Source of the DNA: an uncultured archaeon
GTDB taxonomy: Archaea > Thermoplasmatota > Penumbrarchaeia > JASLWR01
Reading direction: 5' to 3'
Assembly (NCBI GenBank): GCA_964342815.1
Contig: CAYFHS010000031.1
Coordinates: 1-48,052, forward strand
DNA: 48,052 nt
Below the pieces are notes generated by a model. The model was not told where the DNA came from. It did not search any database and saw only the letters and a list, made by a program, of their open reading frames with translations. The translations under genes and the position numbers were made by a program. Of the stretch, positions 38,817-47,493 are shown in pieces; positions within the stretch are counted from its first letter, which is position 1; the number at the start of each line of letters is the position of its first letter.

Positions 38817-39263
38817 ATGACCATAATTGTTAGAGAAATGAGAAAGGCCGATATAGAAATAGCTGTCGATATTCATCGAAAGGTACTCCGAGAGGGCGGT
38901 ACGAGTGAACGGAAATACGATATCGGTGACCTCTTCACATCATTTCTGGATAAGACTCCTCACACCTGCTTTGTGGCCGAAAAGAACGGAAAGGCCGTAG
39001 GTTTCATCGTGGGCAGTATCAAGGAATGGGGGTTTGGTGTCGAGAAGGCCGGCTGGATAGAGATGGTGGAAGTGGATCCGAATTTTATGGGTGCAGGGGT
39101 GGGCAAGGAACTGGGGAGAGCTTTACTAAAGAATTATGATGTTGAGGGCATAAGAGAGGTCTACACCTCAGTGAGATGGGATAGCGGTGACCTCATCGAG
39201 TTCTTCAAATCCCTGGGATTCACAAAATCCAGCTTTATCAATCTGGTGTACAAGTCAAATTAG
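38817..39263 (+). CDS. GNAT-family acyltransferase-fold protein
   Basis: CFVAEKNGKAVGF, acyl-CoA-binding motif VDPNFMGAGVGKEL and FFKSLGF. A GGTGA RBS precedes ATG 38817. Confidence 0.88.
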   Translation: MTIIVREMRKADIEIAVDIHRKVLREGGTSERKYDIGDLFTSFLDKTPHTCFVAEKNGKAVGFIVGSIKEWGFGVEKAGWIEMVEVDPNFMGAGVGKELGRALLKNYDVEGIREVYTSVRWDSGDLIEFFKSLGFTKSSFINLVYKSN

Positions 39264-39295
39264 TTCGGAAGAAAACAGAAAAAAGAGTGATCGAG

Positions 39296-40444
39296 ATGAT
39301 AGAACAATTCAAGCAATGGTACGACAACCGACACGAATACGCTAAGGAGTGGAAGGAACGAACTGGCGGTAAGGTTGTAGGTTTTTTCTGCACCTATGCC
39401 CCGGAGGAGATATTTTATGCCTTCGACGTGCTGCCGGTGAGGGTGTTGGGCAGCCACGAGCCGCAGGACGTAACGGAACCACACATCTTCGCCATGTTCT
39501 GCCCCTTCTGCAGGGATGTACTGGCACAGGGACTGAAAGGTAGATACGACTATCTGGACGGGATCATGATAGCACAATCCTGCTTGCATCTCCGGCAGGC
39601 ATTCACCAGCTGGGAGATCCACAAGAACCCGGGCTGGAGCTATTTCCTTCCAATGCCAAACCACGTCCAAAGCAAGAGGGCCGTACCCTTCCTCAAAGAG
39701 GAGTACAAGCTGCTTATCGAAAAGCTGGAGGAACTCACAGGTAAGAAGATAACCGACGATGATCTACGGAGAGGCATAAAGATAATGAACGACGTCCGCA
39801 GGGTGATGAAGGAGATATACGAGTTCAGGAAGGACGTAAATCCTCCTATAACCGGCACCGAGGCGATGTATATGACCTGCGCCCAGTTCTTCACCGATGC
39901 CAGGGATTTCTTGAAGGTGGCCGAGAAGGTAAAAGAAGAACTCACAACCAGAAAACTGGACCGCGATCCGGGTCAGAGAATCATGCTTGTGGGAAGTGAG
40001 AACGACGATATTGAATATATCGAAATGATCGAGACCCTGGGCGAGAGGGAATCCGTGGGCTGTACCGTGGTTGTTGAGGATCACTGCACCACGACCAGGT
40101 ACTTCTGGGACCTTGTTGATGAGTCCATAGAGGATCCCCTTGAAGCAATAGCCGCGAGATATGTGAACCGTACCGCTTGCCCCTCGAAGGACTGGCCTCA
40201 GCGTACCAGGCTCAAACGCATACTGGAGCTGGCTAAGGATTTCGACGTGGCCGGGGCCATCGTGCTGCAGCAGAAGTTCTGCGATCCACACGAGGCAGAT
40301 ATACCCTTCATCAGGAAGTTCCTGGATGAGCACGGGATCCCCACATATTTCCTGGAGTTCGACGTGACTGTACCCTCGGGTCCCTTCGCAATCAGGACAG
40401 AGGCGTTCCTGGAAACGCTGGAGATGGAGGATGATCTGTTTTAG
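39296..40444 (+). CDS. bzdN: Benzoyl-CoA reductase, bzd-type, subunit N
   Basis: MIEQFKQWYDNRHEYAKEWKERTGGKV..CTY.PEE and HEPQDVTEPHIFAMFCPFCRD match BzdN as I recall it; HAD/BCR family fold. Confidence 0.88.
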   Translation: MIEQFKQWYDNRHEYAKEWKERTGGKVVGFFCTYAPEEIFYAFDVLPVRVLGSHEPQDVTEPHIFAMFCPFCRDVLAQGLKGRYDYLDGIMIAQSCLHLRQAFTSWEIHKNPGWSYFLPMPNHVQSKRAVPFLKEEYKLLIEKLEELTGKKITDDDLRRGIKIMNDVRRVMKEIYEFRKDVNPPITGTEAMYMTCAQFFTDARDFLKVAEKVKEELTTRKLDRDPGQRIMLVGSENDDIEYIEMIETLGERESVGCTVVVEDHCTTTRYFWDLVDESIEDPLEAIAARYVNRTACPSKDWPQRTRLKRILELAKDFDVAGAIVLQQKFCDPHEADIPFIRKFLDEHGIPTYFLEFDVTVPSGPFAIRTEAFLETLEMEDDLF

Positions 40445-40457
40445 GAGGTGATGAAAT

Positions 40458-41777
40458 ATGGCTAAATATCCAACTGAACCCTTAAAATGCTGGGGCAAGG
40501 CAAAAGAGCTGAGACAGGAATGGTACAGGGAATTCGATCTGGCACATGAGAAAGGGGGCCTAAGAGTAATGGGAAGCGCTTGGGCCTTCGACGCTGTGCC
40601 TCTGGGACTGGGGCGCGATGTCCGATGGATAACAGGAGAGCCCTATGGGGCTTCATGCGCCTTCAACAAGCCCCTTTCAGCCAAGTTCCTGTCAGCCGCC
40701 GAAAGATTCGGTTTTGCACGCGACCTATGTGCATATATGAGGAATTACTGGGGCTCCATATTATGTGACGAATATGCATTCGGAGGCGAGTTCCCCAAAG
40801 CGGACTTCGCTTTTTCCCAGCACATATGCTGCTCCCACGCAAAATGGTACCAGAACGCATGCGAGCTCGAGGGAGGGAATGTTCCCTTCTACGGTATCGA
40901 TGTGGGGTCTGGGCCCTGTCCGCCATTCGCTCCGAAGATGTATAAGCACAGAGTGAAATACGTGGCGGACCAGCTTCTGGATTCTATAGACTGGATGGAA
41001 GAGGTCACCGGTAGGGAATACAATGATGAACTGTTCTTCGAGGCGGCCTGGAACGATATCAGGTCCACGCATACGTGGGCCAAGATATGCATGCTCAACC
41101 GGGCGATACCCGCCCCCCTGGACGAGAAGACAATATATTCTCTGTACGTCTTCGGTACCCTCCAGAAATCCAACGACAAGTTTGCTGATTTCCTCGAGAA
41201 TGATCTCCTACCGGAGGTACAGGAACGGGTTGACCGGGGAATCGCCGCAGTGCCTAACGAAAAGGCCAGGATCATGACGGATACCCAGCCCCCATGGGGA
41301 TTTCTCAGTATCTATCGGTACCTGGAGAAATGGGGAGTCGTCTCCATCGGATCTCTGTATACCTTTGGTCTCGAGGGAATGTGGCTATATGATAAAGAGA
41401 ATAATGATCTGAGACCAAGGCCAATGCCCGAGAAAAAACCGGAGACCAGGGAGGAGGCCTGCATGATGCTGGCCGACTGGCACCTTACAAAGCCTGAGTA
41501 TCAACACTACTACAGCCCCGAGTACAAAACAGTGATGATGGATGCCATTGCGAAGAAGTGGAGCGTCGATGCCATTGTCCTCCATTACAACCGGGGCTGT
41601 GAAGGCCTTTCTGTCGGTATCGCCGAGAACAGGCTGGGACTCTTGAAGCGGGGGCATAAAGTATTGACCTACGAGGGGAACATGGGCGACGAGCGAGAGT
41701 TCGACAAGGAAGGCGTCGAGAAGAGGTTCGATATTTTCATGGAAGGCATGGGCCTGACCAAGGTAGAGGAGGACTGA
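40458..41777 (+). CDS. bzdO: Benzoyl-CoA reductase, bzd-type, subunit O
   Basis: KYPTEPLKCWGKAKELR, GFARDLCAYMRNYWG, HICCSHAKWYQ and HYNRGCEG; strong RBS AGGAGGTGA. Confidence 0.9.
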   Translation: MAKYPTEPLKCWGKAKELRQEWYREFDLAHEKGGLRVMGSAWAFDAVPLGLGRDVRWITGEPYGASCAFNKPLSAKFLSAAERFGFARDLCAYMRNYWGSILCDEYAFGGEFPKADFAFSQHICCSHAKWYQNACELEGGNVPFYGIDVGSGPCPPFAPKMYKHRVKYVADQLLDSIDWMEEVTGREYNDELFFEAAWNDIRSTHTWAKICMLNRAIPAPLDEKTIYSLYVFGTLQKSNDKFADFLENDLLPEVQERVDRGIAAVPNEKARIMTDTQPPWGFLSIYRYLEKWGVVSIGSLYTFGLEGMWLYDKENNDLRPRPMPEKKPETREEACMMLADWHLTKPEYQHYYSPEYKTVMMDAIAKKWSVDAIVLHYNRGCEGLSVGIAENRLGLLKRGHKVLTYEGNMGDEREFDKEGVEKRFDIFMEGMGLTKVEED

Positions 41778-41783
41778 GGTACA

Positions 41784-42557
41784 ATGAAAGTAGCAGGAAT
41801 AGATTGTGGTGCAAAGAACACTAAAACAGTGATCATGAAGGACAAAGAGATACTGGGAAAGGGAATCGCCATGACCGGTTTCGACCAGTCGGCGGCTGTG
41901 GAACAGTCTCTCCAGGAGGCATTGGAAGATGCCGGTATCAGTCGAGACGAGCTTGAGGGTATCGGCGGCACAGGGGCCGGAATGGACGATATTAAGATTG
42001 CAAACGTCAAGGTGAACGAGATCAAGTCCATGGCCAGGGCCGCGAACTTCTTCTTTCCGGATGCAAGAACAGTTACGGATGTGGGAGCCGAGATGGGACG
42101 GGCAGCCAAGATTGATGAAAAGGGAAACATCGTGGACTTTGCCATTAACGAGAAATGCGCGGCAGGTGCCGGGGCATTCATAGAGGCAATGGCCCGCGCC
42201 CTGGAGTCGGACGTTACAGAAATGGGCCCTATGGCAAACACATCCGACAAGGCCATAGCGATGAACGCACAGTGTGCTATCTTTGCTGAATCGGAGGTGG
42301 TCGGTCTCATCCATGACAAGATGAAGAAAGAGGATATCAGCAGGGCCATACACGATGCCATGGCCTCAAGGATCGTCTCCATGATCCGCAAGATAGGTGT
42401 CAACAAGGATATAGCAATGATTGGGGGCGTGGGACTGAATCCGGGATTTGTGGAATCCATGAGACGTGAACTGAATGTTGAAAGAATCTATGTTCCAGTG
42501 GATCCCGCTTACAGCGCCGCTGTTGGAGCTGCTCTGGTAACCATGGAGGAGGGTTGA
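41784..42557 (+). CDS. bzdP: Benzoyl-CoA reductase, bzd-type, subunit P (ASKHA ATPase electron-activation module)
   Basis: GIDCG, DVGAE, NEKCAAGAGAF and QCAIFAESE; the shorter of the two activator paralogs. Confidence 0.85.
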   Translation: MKVAGIDCGAKNTKTVIMKDKEILGKGIAMTGFDQSAAVEQSLQEALEDAGISRDELEGIGGTGAGMDDIKIANVKVNEIKSMARAANFFFPDARTVTDVGAEMGRAAKIDEKGNIVDFAINEKCAAGAGAFIEAMARALESDVTEMGPMANTSDKAIAMNAQCAIFAESEVVGLIHDKMKKEDISRAIHDAMASRIVSMIRKIGVNKDIAMIGGVGLNPGFVESMRRELNVERIYVPVDPAYSAAVGAALVTMEEG

Positions 42558-42558
42558 A

Positions 42559-43449
42559 ATGACAGACGAAAAGAAAAAAGAGGAATTCTGGCGTTGGACC
42601 GAGAGCAACTGGAAGGACCCTGACATGAACTGGGAGGAAGCAAAAATAATCACTGCTGGAATCGACGTGGGATCGGTCAGCTCCCAGGCCGTCATAGTCG
42701 TCGACGGAAAGATATTTGCCTATGGAAACATGAGGACAGGCTCGGACAGTCCTGAGAGTGCTCGGAACGCACTTAACTATGCTCTCGAAGTTACCAACAT
42801 GCCGGAAGACCGTATCGATTATTGCATTGGCACGGGGTACGGCAGGGTAAACGTCCCCATGGCCGATAGATCAATAACGGAGATCGCCTGTCATGCGCGT
42901 GGTGCGAATTTCATCTACGGCCCTGAGGTCAGAACCGTTCTGGATGTAGGCGGGCAGGACTGCAAGGCCATCCGCTGCGATGGGAAAGGAAAGGTTCAGA
43001 ACTTTCTAATGAACGATAAATGTGCCGCCGGTACCGGAAGGGGAATGGAGGTCTTCGCAGACCTACTTTCGGTCCCTATCACTCAGGTGGGCGAAAGGTC
43101 TTTCGAGATAGATAAGGAACCAACGCCTGTCAGCAGTACCTGTGTTGTATATGCCAAGACCGAGGCCACCGGATTGCTGAGATCGGGATGGAAGGTGAAC
43201 GAGGTATTGGCAGCCTACTGCGCAGCCATGGGTGAGCGGATCTACTCCCTTATCGAGAGGATCGGAGTGGAGGAAAGATTCGCCATCACCGGTGGATTGG
43301 CCAAGAACAAGGGTGTGATTAACCGGCTCATGAAGATCATGGACATCGTGCCTATGGAGACAAAGTGGGACACCCAAATAGCCGGAGCCGCCGGGGCCGC
43401 TCTCTTCGGCAATACATTGGTGGAAAGGGGAAAAGGACGTAAAAAATAG
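42559..43449 (+). CDS. bzdQ: Benzoyl-CoA reductase, bzd-type, subunit Q (ASKHA ATPase electron-activation module)
   Basis: N-terminal EFWRWTESNW extension, GIDVGSVSSQA, TGYGRVNVP, EIACHARGA, DVGGQDCK and NDKCAAGTGRG. Confidence 0.92.
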   Translation: MTDEKKKEEFWRWTESNWKDPDMNWEEAKIITAGIDVGSVSSQAVIVVDGKIFAYGNMRTGSDSPESARNALNYALEVTNMPEDRIDYCIGTGYGRVNVPMADRSITEIACHARGANFIYGPEVRTVLDVGGQDCKAIRCDGKGKVQNFLMNDKCAAGTGRGMEVFADLLSVPITQVGERSFEIDKEPTPVSSTCVVYAKTEATGLLRSGWKVNEVLAAYCAAMGERIYSLIERIGVEERFAITGGLAKNKGVINRLMKIMDIVPMETKWDTQIAGAAGAALFGNTLVERGKGRKK

Positions 43450-43460
43450 GAGTGAATACC

Positions 43461-43742
43461 ATGATAGCTAATTACGGATATAAAGATGGGTCCGGAGAGT
43501 ACTTCATCACCATCGATACCGATAAATGTACGGGGTGCGAGGCCTGCGTGAAAGCATGTCCATATGGCGTTATGGGTGTAGGCGAGGATGAGAACGATCC
43601 GATGTCGGACGATCTCGTTGCATTCGTTACCGATACGGAACGTAAAAAGATAAAATATACTTGCGGACCATGCAAGGGAGAGGGGAAGATAGAGCCTTGC
43701 ATCGCAGCCTGTGAACCTGGGGTCATAAGCCATTCATGGTAG
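43461..43742 (+). CDS. bzdM: BzdM-type 2x[4Fe-4S] ferredoxin
   Basis: MIANYGYKDGSGEYFITIDTDKCTGCEACVKACP plus a second CxxC-x8-CxxxC motif; directly after bzdQ. Confidence 0.88.
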   Translation: MIANYGYKDGSGEYFITIDTDKCTGCEACVKACPYGVMGVGEDENDPMSDDLVAFVTDTERKKIKYTCGPCKGEGKIEPCIAACEPGVISHSW

Positions 43743-43967
43743 TTGTTCCCTGATTATCTAGAAGACAGCCGGAGATGAAAAATCGAGGTTTTTAGGAACC
43801 TCATGATTTCCTGAAGACGGGCTGGACAATCATCCATCAGCAGGATAAAATCCACCGATTTCTGCGGGTGATTCATACCGGGCAATGCAAGTGTCCAACA
43901 GCGTGGGCTTAGAGTCCTATTTGGAGATATATTTATTTCACCAGCCATAATGCATCGAGGTCACAGC

Positions 43968-46511
43968 ATGGAATTATCAATAAATATAGATGACAAGGAT
44001 ATCTCAGCCTTAGAAGGGGAGACCATCCTAAAAGCAGCGGACAGGGCAGGGATATACATACCCCGTCTCTGTTACAGGCCGGGCTTGCCTTCCTCCCATG
44101 AACTGCATCCAAAGGAGGAGGGAATCTACAGCCAAGGCCAGCGCATCATAAGCGACACTGACGACGCTTTCCAAGGGTGCAGGTTATGCATAGTGGAGAT
44201 TGAGGGGTTGGCTGGTGAGCATACTTCGTGCGATACCGAGGTCTTTGAGGGTATGGTTGTCCGGACTGGAACGCCGGGAATTCTCACCAAGCGGGAGGAG
44301 CATCTCGAAGAGATATTGAGGGATCATCCCCACGTATGTCTGACCTGCGCGCAGAAGGAGGGATGCTCCAGAACACAGTGCTCATCGAACGTTCCCGATG
44401 ATGAGAAATGCTGCGTACAGCTGGGCAACTGCGAGCTTGAGAAGGTGGCATATTATGTGGGTATCAGTGATAGTACGCCCAAGTACATACCAAAACACCT
44501 ACCGTTGGACGATTTTGAATCTCTTATAGCACGGGATTACAACTACTGTATCGGCTGTCTCCGCTGCGTTCGGGCCTGCACAGAGGTATCCGGAGCCGAT
44601 GTTCTGGGTTTCGTTCATAGTGACGGAAAAGTGCTGGTTGGGCCCTGGAAGGCTTCTGGTTTTTCCGAATCCGATTGCCGTTTCTGCGGAGTCTGTGTAG
44701 AGGTCTGTCCCACTGGGGCTTTGCTCGATAAAGACCTGAAATCCGGGGAGAAGCATTCTGTGCTCGTCCCCTGCAGGAACAATTGTCCGGCGGAAGTTGA
44801 CGTGCCCCGTTACATCGAATATATCATGTTAGGCATGTATGGAAAGGCCGCTGCGGTGGTCAGGGAAAAAGTACCATTCCCGGGTGTACTGGGGCGGGTA
44901 TGCTTTCACCCCTGCGAGGAAGAATGTCGGCGAGGCAATCTTAATGAATCCGTATCCATTTGCTCGCTGAAGCGCTTCTGTGCGGATGAAGACACTGGGG
45001 TGTGGAAGGAAGCGGCTGCGGCCAATGCTACCGAACGTGAGAAAACCGGAAAGAAGGTGGCTGTGGTGGGAGGTGGACCTGCGGGACTCACCGCTTCGTA
45101 TTACCTTGCCAGGAAAGGACATGATGTGACCCTTTTCGAGGCCGAGGAAGTTCTCGGCGGCATGATGGCGCTGGGCATCCCCAAATACCGATTACCAGAT
45201 AACGTACTTCGACAGGAGAATGAAGAGATACTTGCCGAGGGGATCAAGGTGAGGCTCGGCACCAGGGTGGGAGATGATATTTCACTGTCTGAGTTAAAAA
45301 ATAAAAACGATGCAGTATTTCTGGCCGTAGGTGCACCCCAGAGCCGGAAGCTGGAAATTGAAGGCAATGAGCTACACGGCGTGCAATGGGGTATAGATTT
45401 CCTGAGGGCGGTCAATCTCGGTGAGGACGTAAATATTGATAAAAACGTGCTGGTCATCGGTGGTGGTAACGTTGCAATCGATGTGGCCATGACCGCCAGA
45501 AGGATGGGGGCCGAGAACGTCCGGATCGCGTGTCTCGAAAAGCGCAAAGAAATGCCCGCCTTTCCATGGGAGATCGAGGAGGCTGTCGATGAGGGTATAG
45601 ACATCCGATGCTCCTGGGGACCGAAAAAAATAATCGGCTCGGGGCAAAAAGTGTCTGCGGTGGAGATGAAACGGTGCACGTCGGTCTTCGACGACAATGG
45701 AAAATTTTCCCCTAGCTATGATGAGAACGAGATTACGACAATAGATGCAGATACGGTAATAATCGCCATTGGCCAGCAGTCGGATCTGGCTTTTATCTCG
45801 GATAATCCCGAAATTCGGGCAGTTCGGGGCTGCATACGGGTTTCCGAGAACTCGCTTGAAGCGGCTCATGGAGTATTTGCCGGAGGCGATATTGTAACCA
45901 TACCTGGGACGGTCATCGACGCCATCGCTGCCGGTAGAAAGGCGGCTTCCTCAATAGACCGCCACCTGGGCGGTGACGGCAATATAGACGAAATGTTGTG
46001 TGTTGATGACGACATAGAAATCTTCCAAAAAATGGATGTTCGGGAGAACTTTGCGAAGCTGGGACGGACAACTATGCCTATAATGGATGCTGAAGATAGA
46101 AAAGGCTTCGAAGAATTTTATCTCGGATTCGATGAGGCGGGTGCCCTGGGCGAGGCCGGGAGATGTTTAAGATGCGAGCTTCGGTTCCGCCTTCCTCCGG
46201 TGCTCCTCCCGCCCGAGAGCCTCCTTGCCCTCACCGAGGAGAACATCATTGGGCTGCCGGACGGTATCGAGGGTGTATACCAGCTTCTCGACGAGGACAA
46301 GAAGATTTTGGCTATCGTCGGGACATCCGATATAAAGGGAGACCTGCTGGACCGGCTCAGGTCAGTTGAGAAAACGAAATTTTTTAAATACGACGAGGAC
46401 CGGATGTACAGCAAGCGCGAGAGCGAACTTATGCAGGTCTATCTCCAGAAACATGGGACTATGCCGCCGGGGGACGGTGGTGGTGACGACGATCTCGACG
46501 ACCTGTTCTAG
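43968..46511 (+). CDS. bzdV: BzdV-like NAD(P)H:ferredoxin oxidoreductase (2Fe-2S, 4Fe-4S clusters, GltD-like flavin module)
   Basis: N-terminal IPRLC...CRLC..C, HPHVCLTC, 2x CxxCxxCxxxC, GRVCFHPCEEECRR, FAD motif GGGPAG, NAD(P) motif GGGNVA, and a C-terminal EGVYQL...ESEL extension. A GAGGT RBS precedes ATG 43968. Confidence 0.8.
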   Translation: MELSINIDDKDISALEGETILKAADRAGIYIPRLCYRPGLPSSHELHPKEEGIYSQGQRIISDTDDAFQGCRLCIVEIEGLAGEHTSCDTEVFEGMVVRTGTPGILTKREEHLEEILRDHPHVCLTCAQKEGCSRTQCSSNVPDDEKCCVQLGNCELEKVAYYVGISDSTPKYIPKHLPLDDFESLIARDYNYCIGCLRCVRACTEVSGADVLGFVHSDGKVLVGPWKASGFSESDCRFCGVCVEVCPTGALLDKDLKSGEKHSVLVPCRNNCPAEVDVPRYIEYIMLGMYGKAAAVVREKVPFPGVLGRVCFHPCEEECRRGNLNESVSICSLKRFCADEDTGVWKEAAAANATEREKTGKKVAVVGGGPAGLTASYYLARKGHDVTLFEAEEVLGGMMALGIPKYRLPDNVLRQENEEILAEGIKVRLGTRVGDDISLSELKNKNDAVFLAVGAPQSRKLEIEGNELHGVQWGIDFLRAVNLGEDVNIDKNVLVIGGGNVAIDVAMTARRMGAENVRIACLEKRKEMPAFPWEIEEAVDEGIDIRCSWGPKKIIGSGQKVSAVEMKRCTSVFDDNGKFSPSYDENEITTIDADTVIIAIGQQSDLAFISDNPEIRAVRGCIRVSENSLEAAHGVFAGGDIVTIPGTVIDAIAAGRKAASSIDRHLGGDGNIDEMLCVDDDIEIFQKMDVRENFAKLGRTTMPIMDAEDRKGFEEFYLGFDEAGALGEAGRCLRCELRFRLPPVLLPPESLLALTEENIIGLPDGIEGVYQLLDEDKKILAIVGTSDIKGDLLDRLRSVEKTKFFKYDEDRMYSKRESELMQVYLQKHGTMPPGDGGGDDDLDDLF

Positions 46512-46516
46512 GATGG

Positions 46517-46774
46517 ATGAATATGGCTGATGTGAGGGAGCTGCATGATGGGGTCCTGGAAAAGGAGGGCTGGACGAGACGGTCCATTCTCGATGATCCG
46601 AGATTAACGGAGGCAGCCGAAACGTATCGGGCTCTCGGTTTCGAAGTAAAATTGGTCCCGGTAAACGCAAATTTCATTTCAGGTTGTACCAGCTGCCTTG
46701 AGGGCGATATTGAGAAATACCGAATAGTGTACACAAAACCCGGAAAAGAAGCTGGAAAAGGTTTTTTGGATTGA
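46517..46774 (+). CDS. Small conserved-looking hypothetical protein with CxxC
   Basis: LEKEGWTRR...PRLTEAAETYRALGFEV...CTSC...VYTKP; starts 5 nt after bzdV. Confidence 0.7.
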   Translation: MNMADVRELHDGVLEKEGWTRRSILDDPRLTEAAETYRALGFEVKLVPVNANFISGCTSCLEGDIEKYRIVYTKPGKEAGKGFLD

Positions 46775-46796
46775 TTTTGACTGTGGGGTAGAAAAA

Positions 46797-47423
46797 ATGT
46801 TAATAAAAAAACTCGTAGTGGGGCCGATACAGGCCAACTGCTACATAGTTGGCGACGATGCCACGAAAAAAGGCGTTATTATTGACCCGGGTGACGAGGG
46901 AGACCGGATTATGGGTGAAGTGGAAAAACTGGGATTGGATATTGTCTATATAATCGCCACCCACGGCCATTTCGATCATTGCGCGGGGGTAGCCCGTATC
47001 AAAGTAAAAATACCCGACGTCCCATTCATTATTCACGAGGATGACCTTCCCTTCGTCAAGGATTCAAAAAACTCGGCGAGACGGTGGGGTATGGTAATTG
47101 ACCAGGTCCCCGACCCGGATCGATTTATGAAGATAGGTGAGAAGATCGAAGTGGGCGATATTACCTTTACGGTACTGCACACACCGGGTCATTCACAAGG
47201 GGGGATAAGTTTGTTATGTTCGGAGGGAATTTTCGTGGGGGATACTTTGTTCGAGGGTTCCATTGGAAGGACCGATTTCGAGGGGGGGTCGCTTGATATA
47301 CTTAAAAAATCCATCAAGGAGAAGCTGTATACTCTACCAGAGGATACAGTGGTTTTTACGGGGCACGGCCTTGAGACGACAATTGGGGTCGAAAAAAAGT
47401 TCAACATGTTCGTGAGGGGATAG
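46797..47423 (+). CDS. Metallo-beta-lactamase-fold hydrolase (glyoxalase II/YcbL-like)
   Basis: IIDPG, THGHFDH (HxHxDH), HTPGHS, GDTLF...GRTD and GHG. Confidence 0.92.
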   Translation: MLIKKLVVGPIQANCYIVGDDATKKGVIIDPGDEGDRIMGEVEKLGLDIVYIIATHGHFDHCAGVARIKVKIPDVPFIIHEDDLPFVKDSKNSARRWGMVIDQVPDPDRFMKIGEKIEVGDITFTVLHTPGHSQGGISLLCSEGIFVGDTLFEGSIGRTDFEGGSLDILKKSIKEKLYTLPEDTVVFTGHGLETTIGVEKKFNMFVRG

Positions 47424-47493
47424 ATGGATTCGGAGTTCGCTGCTTCATCTTACAGGTTCCCGATATTTTATCCTCTGAGGTTTTATTCATATC

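Noticed and set aside
39296-43449. Alternative annotation as 2-hydroxyacyl-CoA dehydratase plus activator
   Set aside because: Two distinct activator paralogs (P and Q), the BzdQ FWRW N-terminus, the BzdM ferredoxin and BzdV in bzd order all favour benzoyl-CoA reductase. Phylogeny would be the final test.
43743-43967. Hidden gene (bzdS-like or selenoprotein) between bzdM and bzdV, including antisense ORF 43754-43948
   Set aside because: The plus-strand frames I translated close quickly with no motif. Only a 6-bp hairpin (GAGGTT/AACCTC) and an AT-rich promoter-like stretch are visible.
39764-45869. Long antisense ORFs over the bzd operon (39764-40498, 41385-42353, 41669-42460, 43242-43733, 45101-45697, 45372-45869)
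   Set aside because: They lie entirely opposite well-supported genes in GC-rich coding DNA, have no recognisable motifs, and are typical shadow ORFs.
29-46511. Genome-wide TAG reassignment (pyrrolysine code), suggested by the amber codons at 29-31 and 26075-26077
   Set aside because: TAG ends hsdS, ygeW, the GNAT gene, bzdN, bzdQ, bzdM and bzdV at plausible natural C-termini, often just before the next RBS or start. At 29-31, read-through meets TGA after 7 codons.
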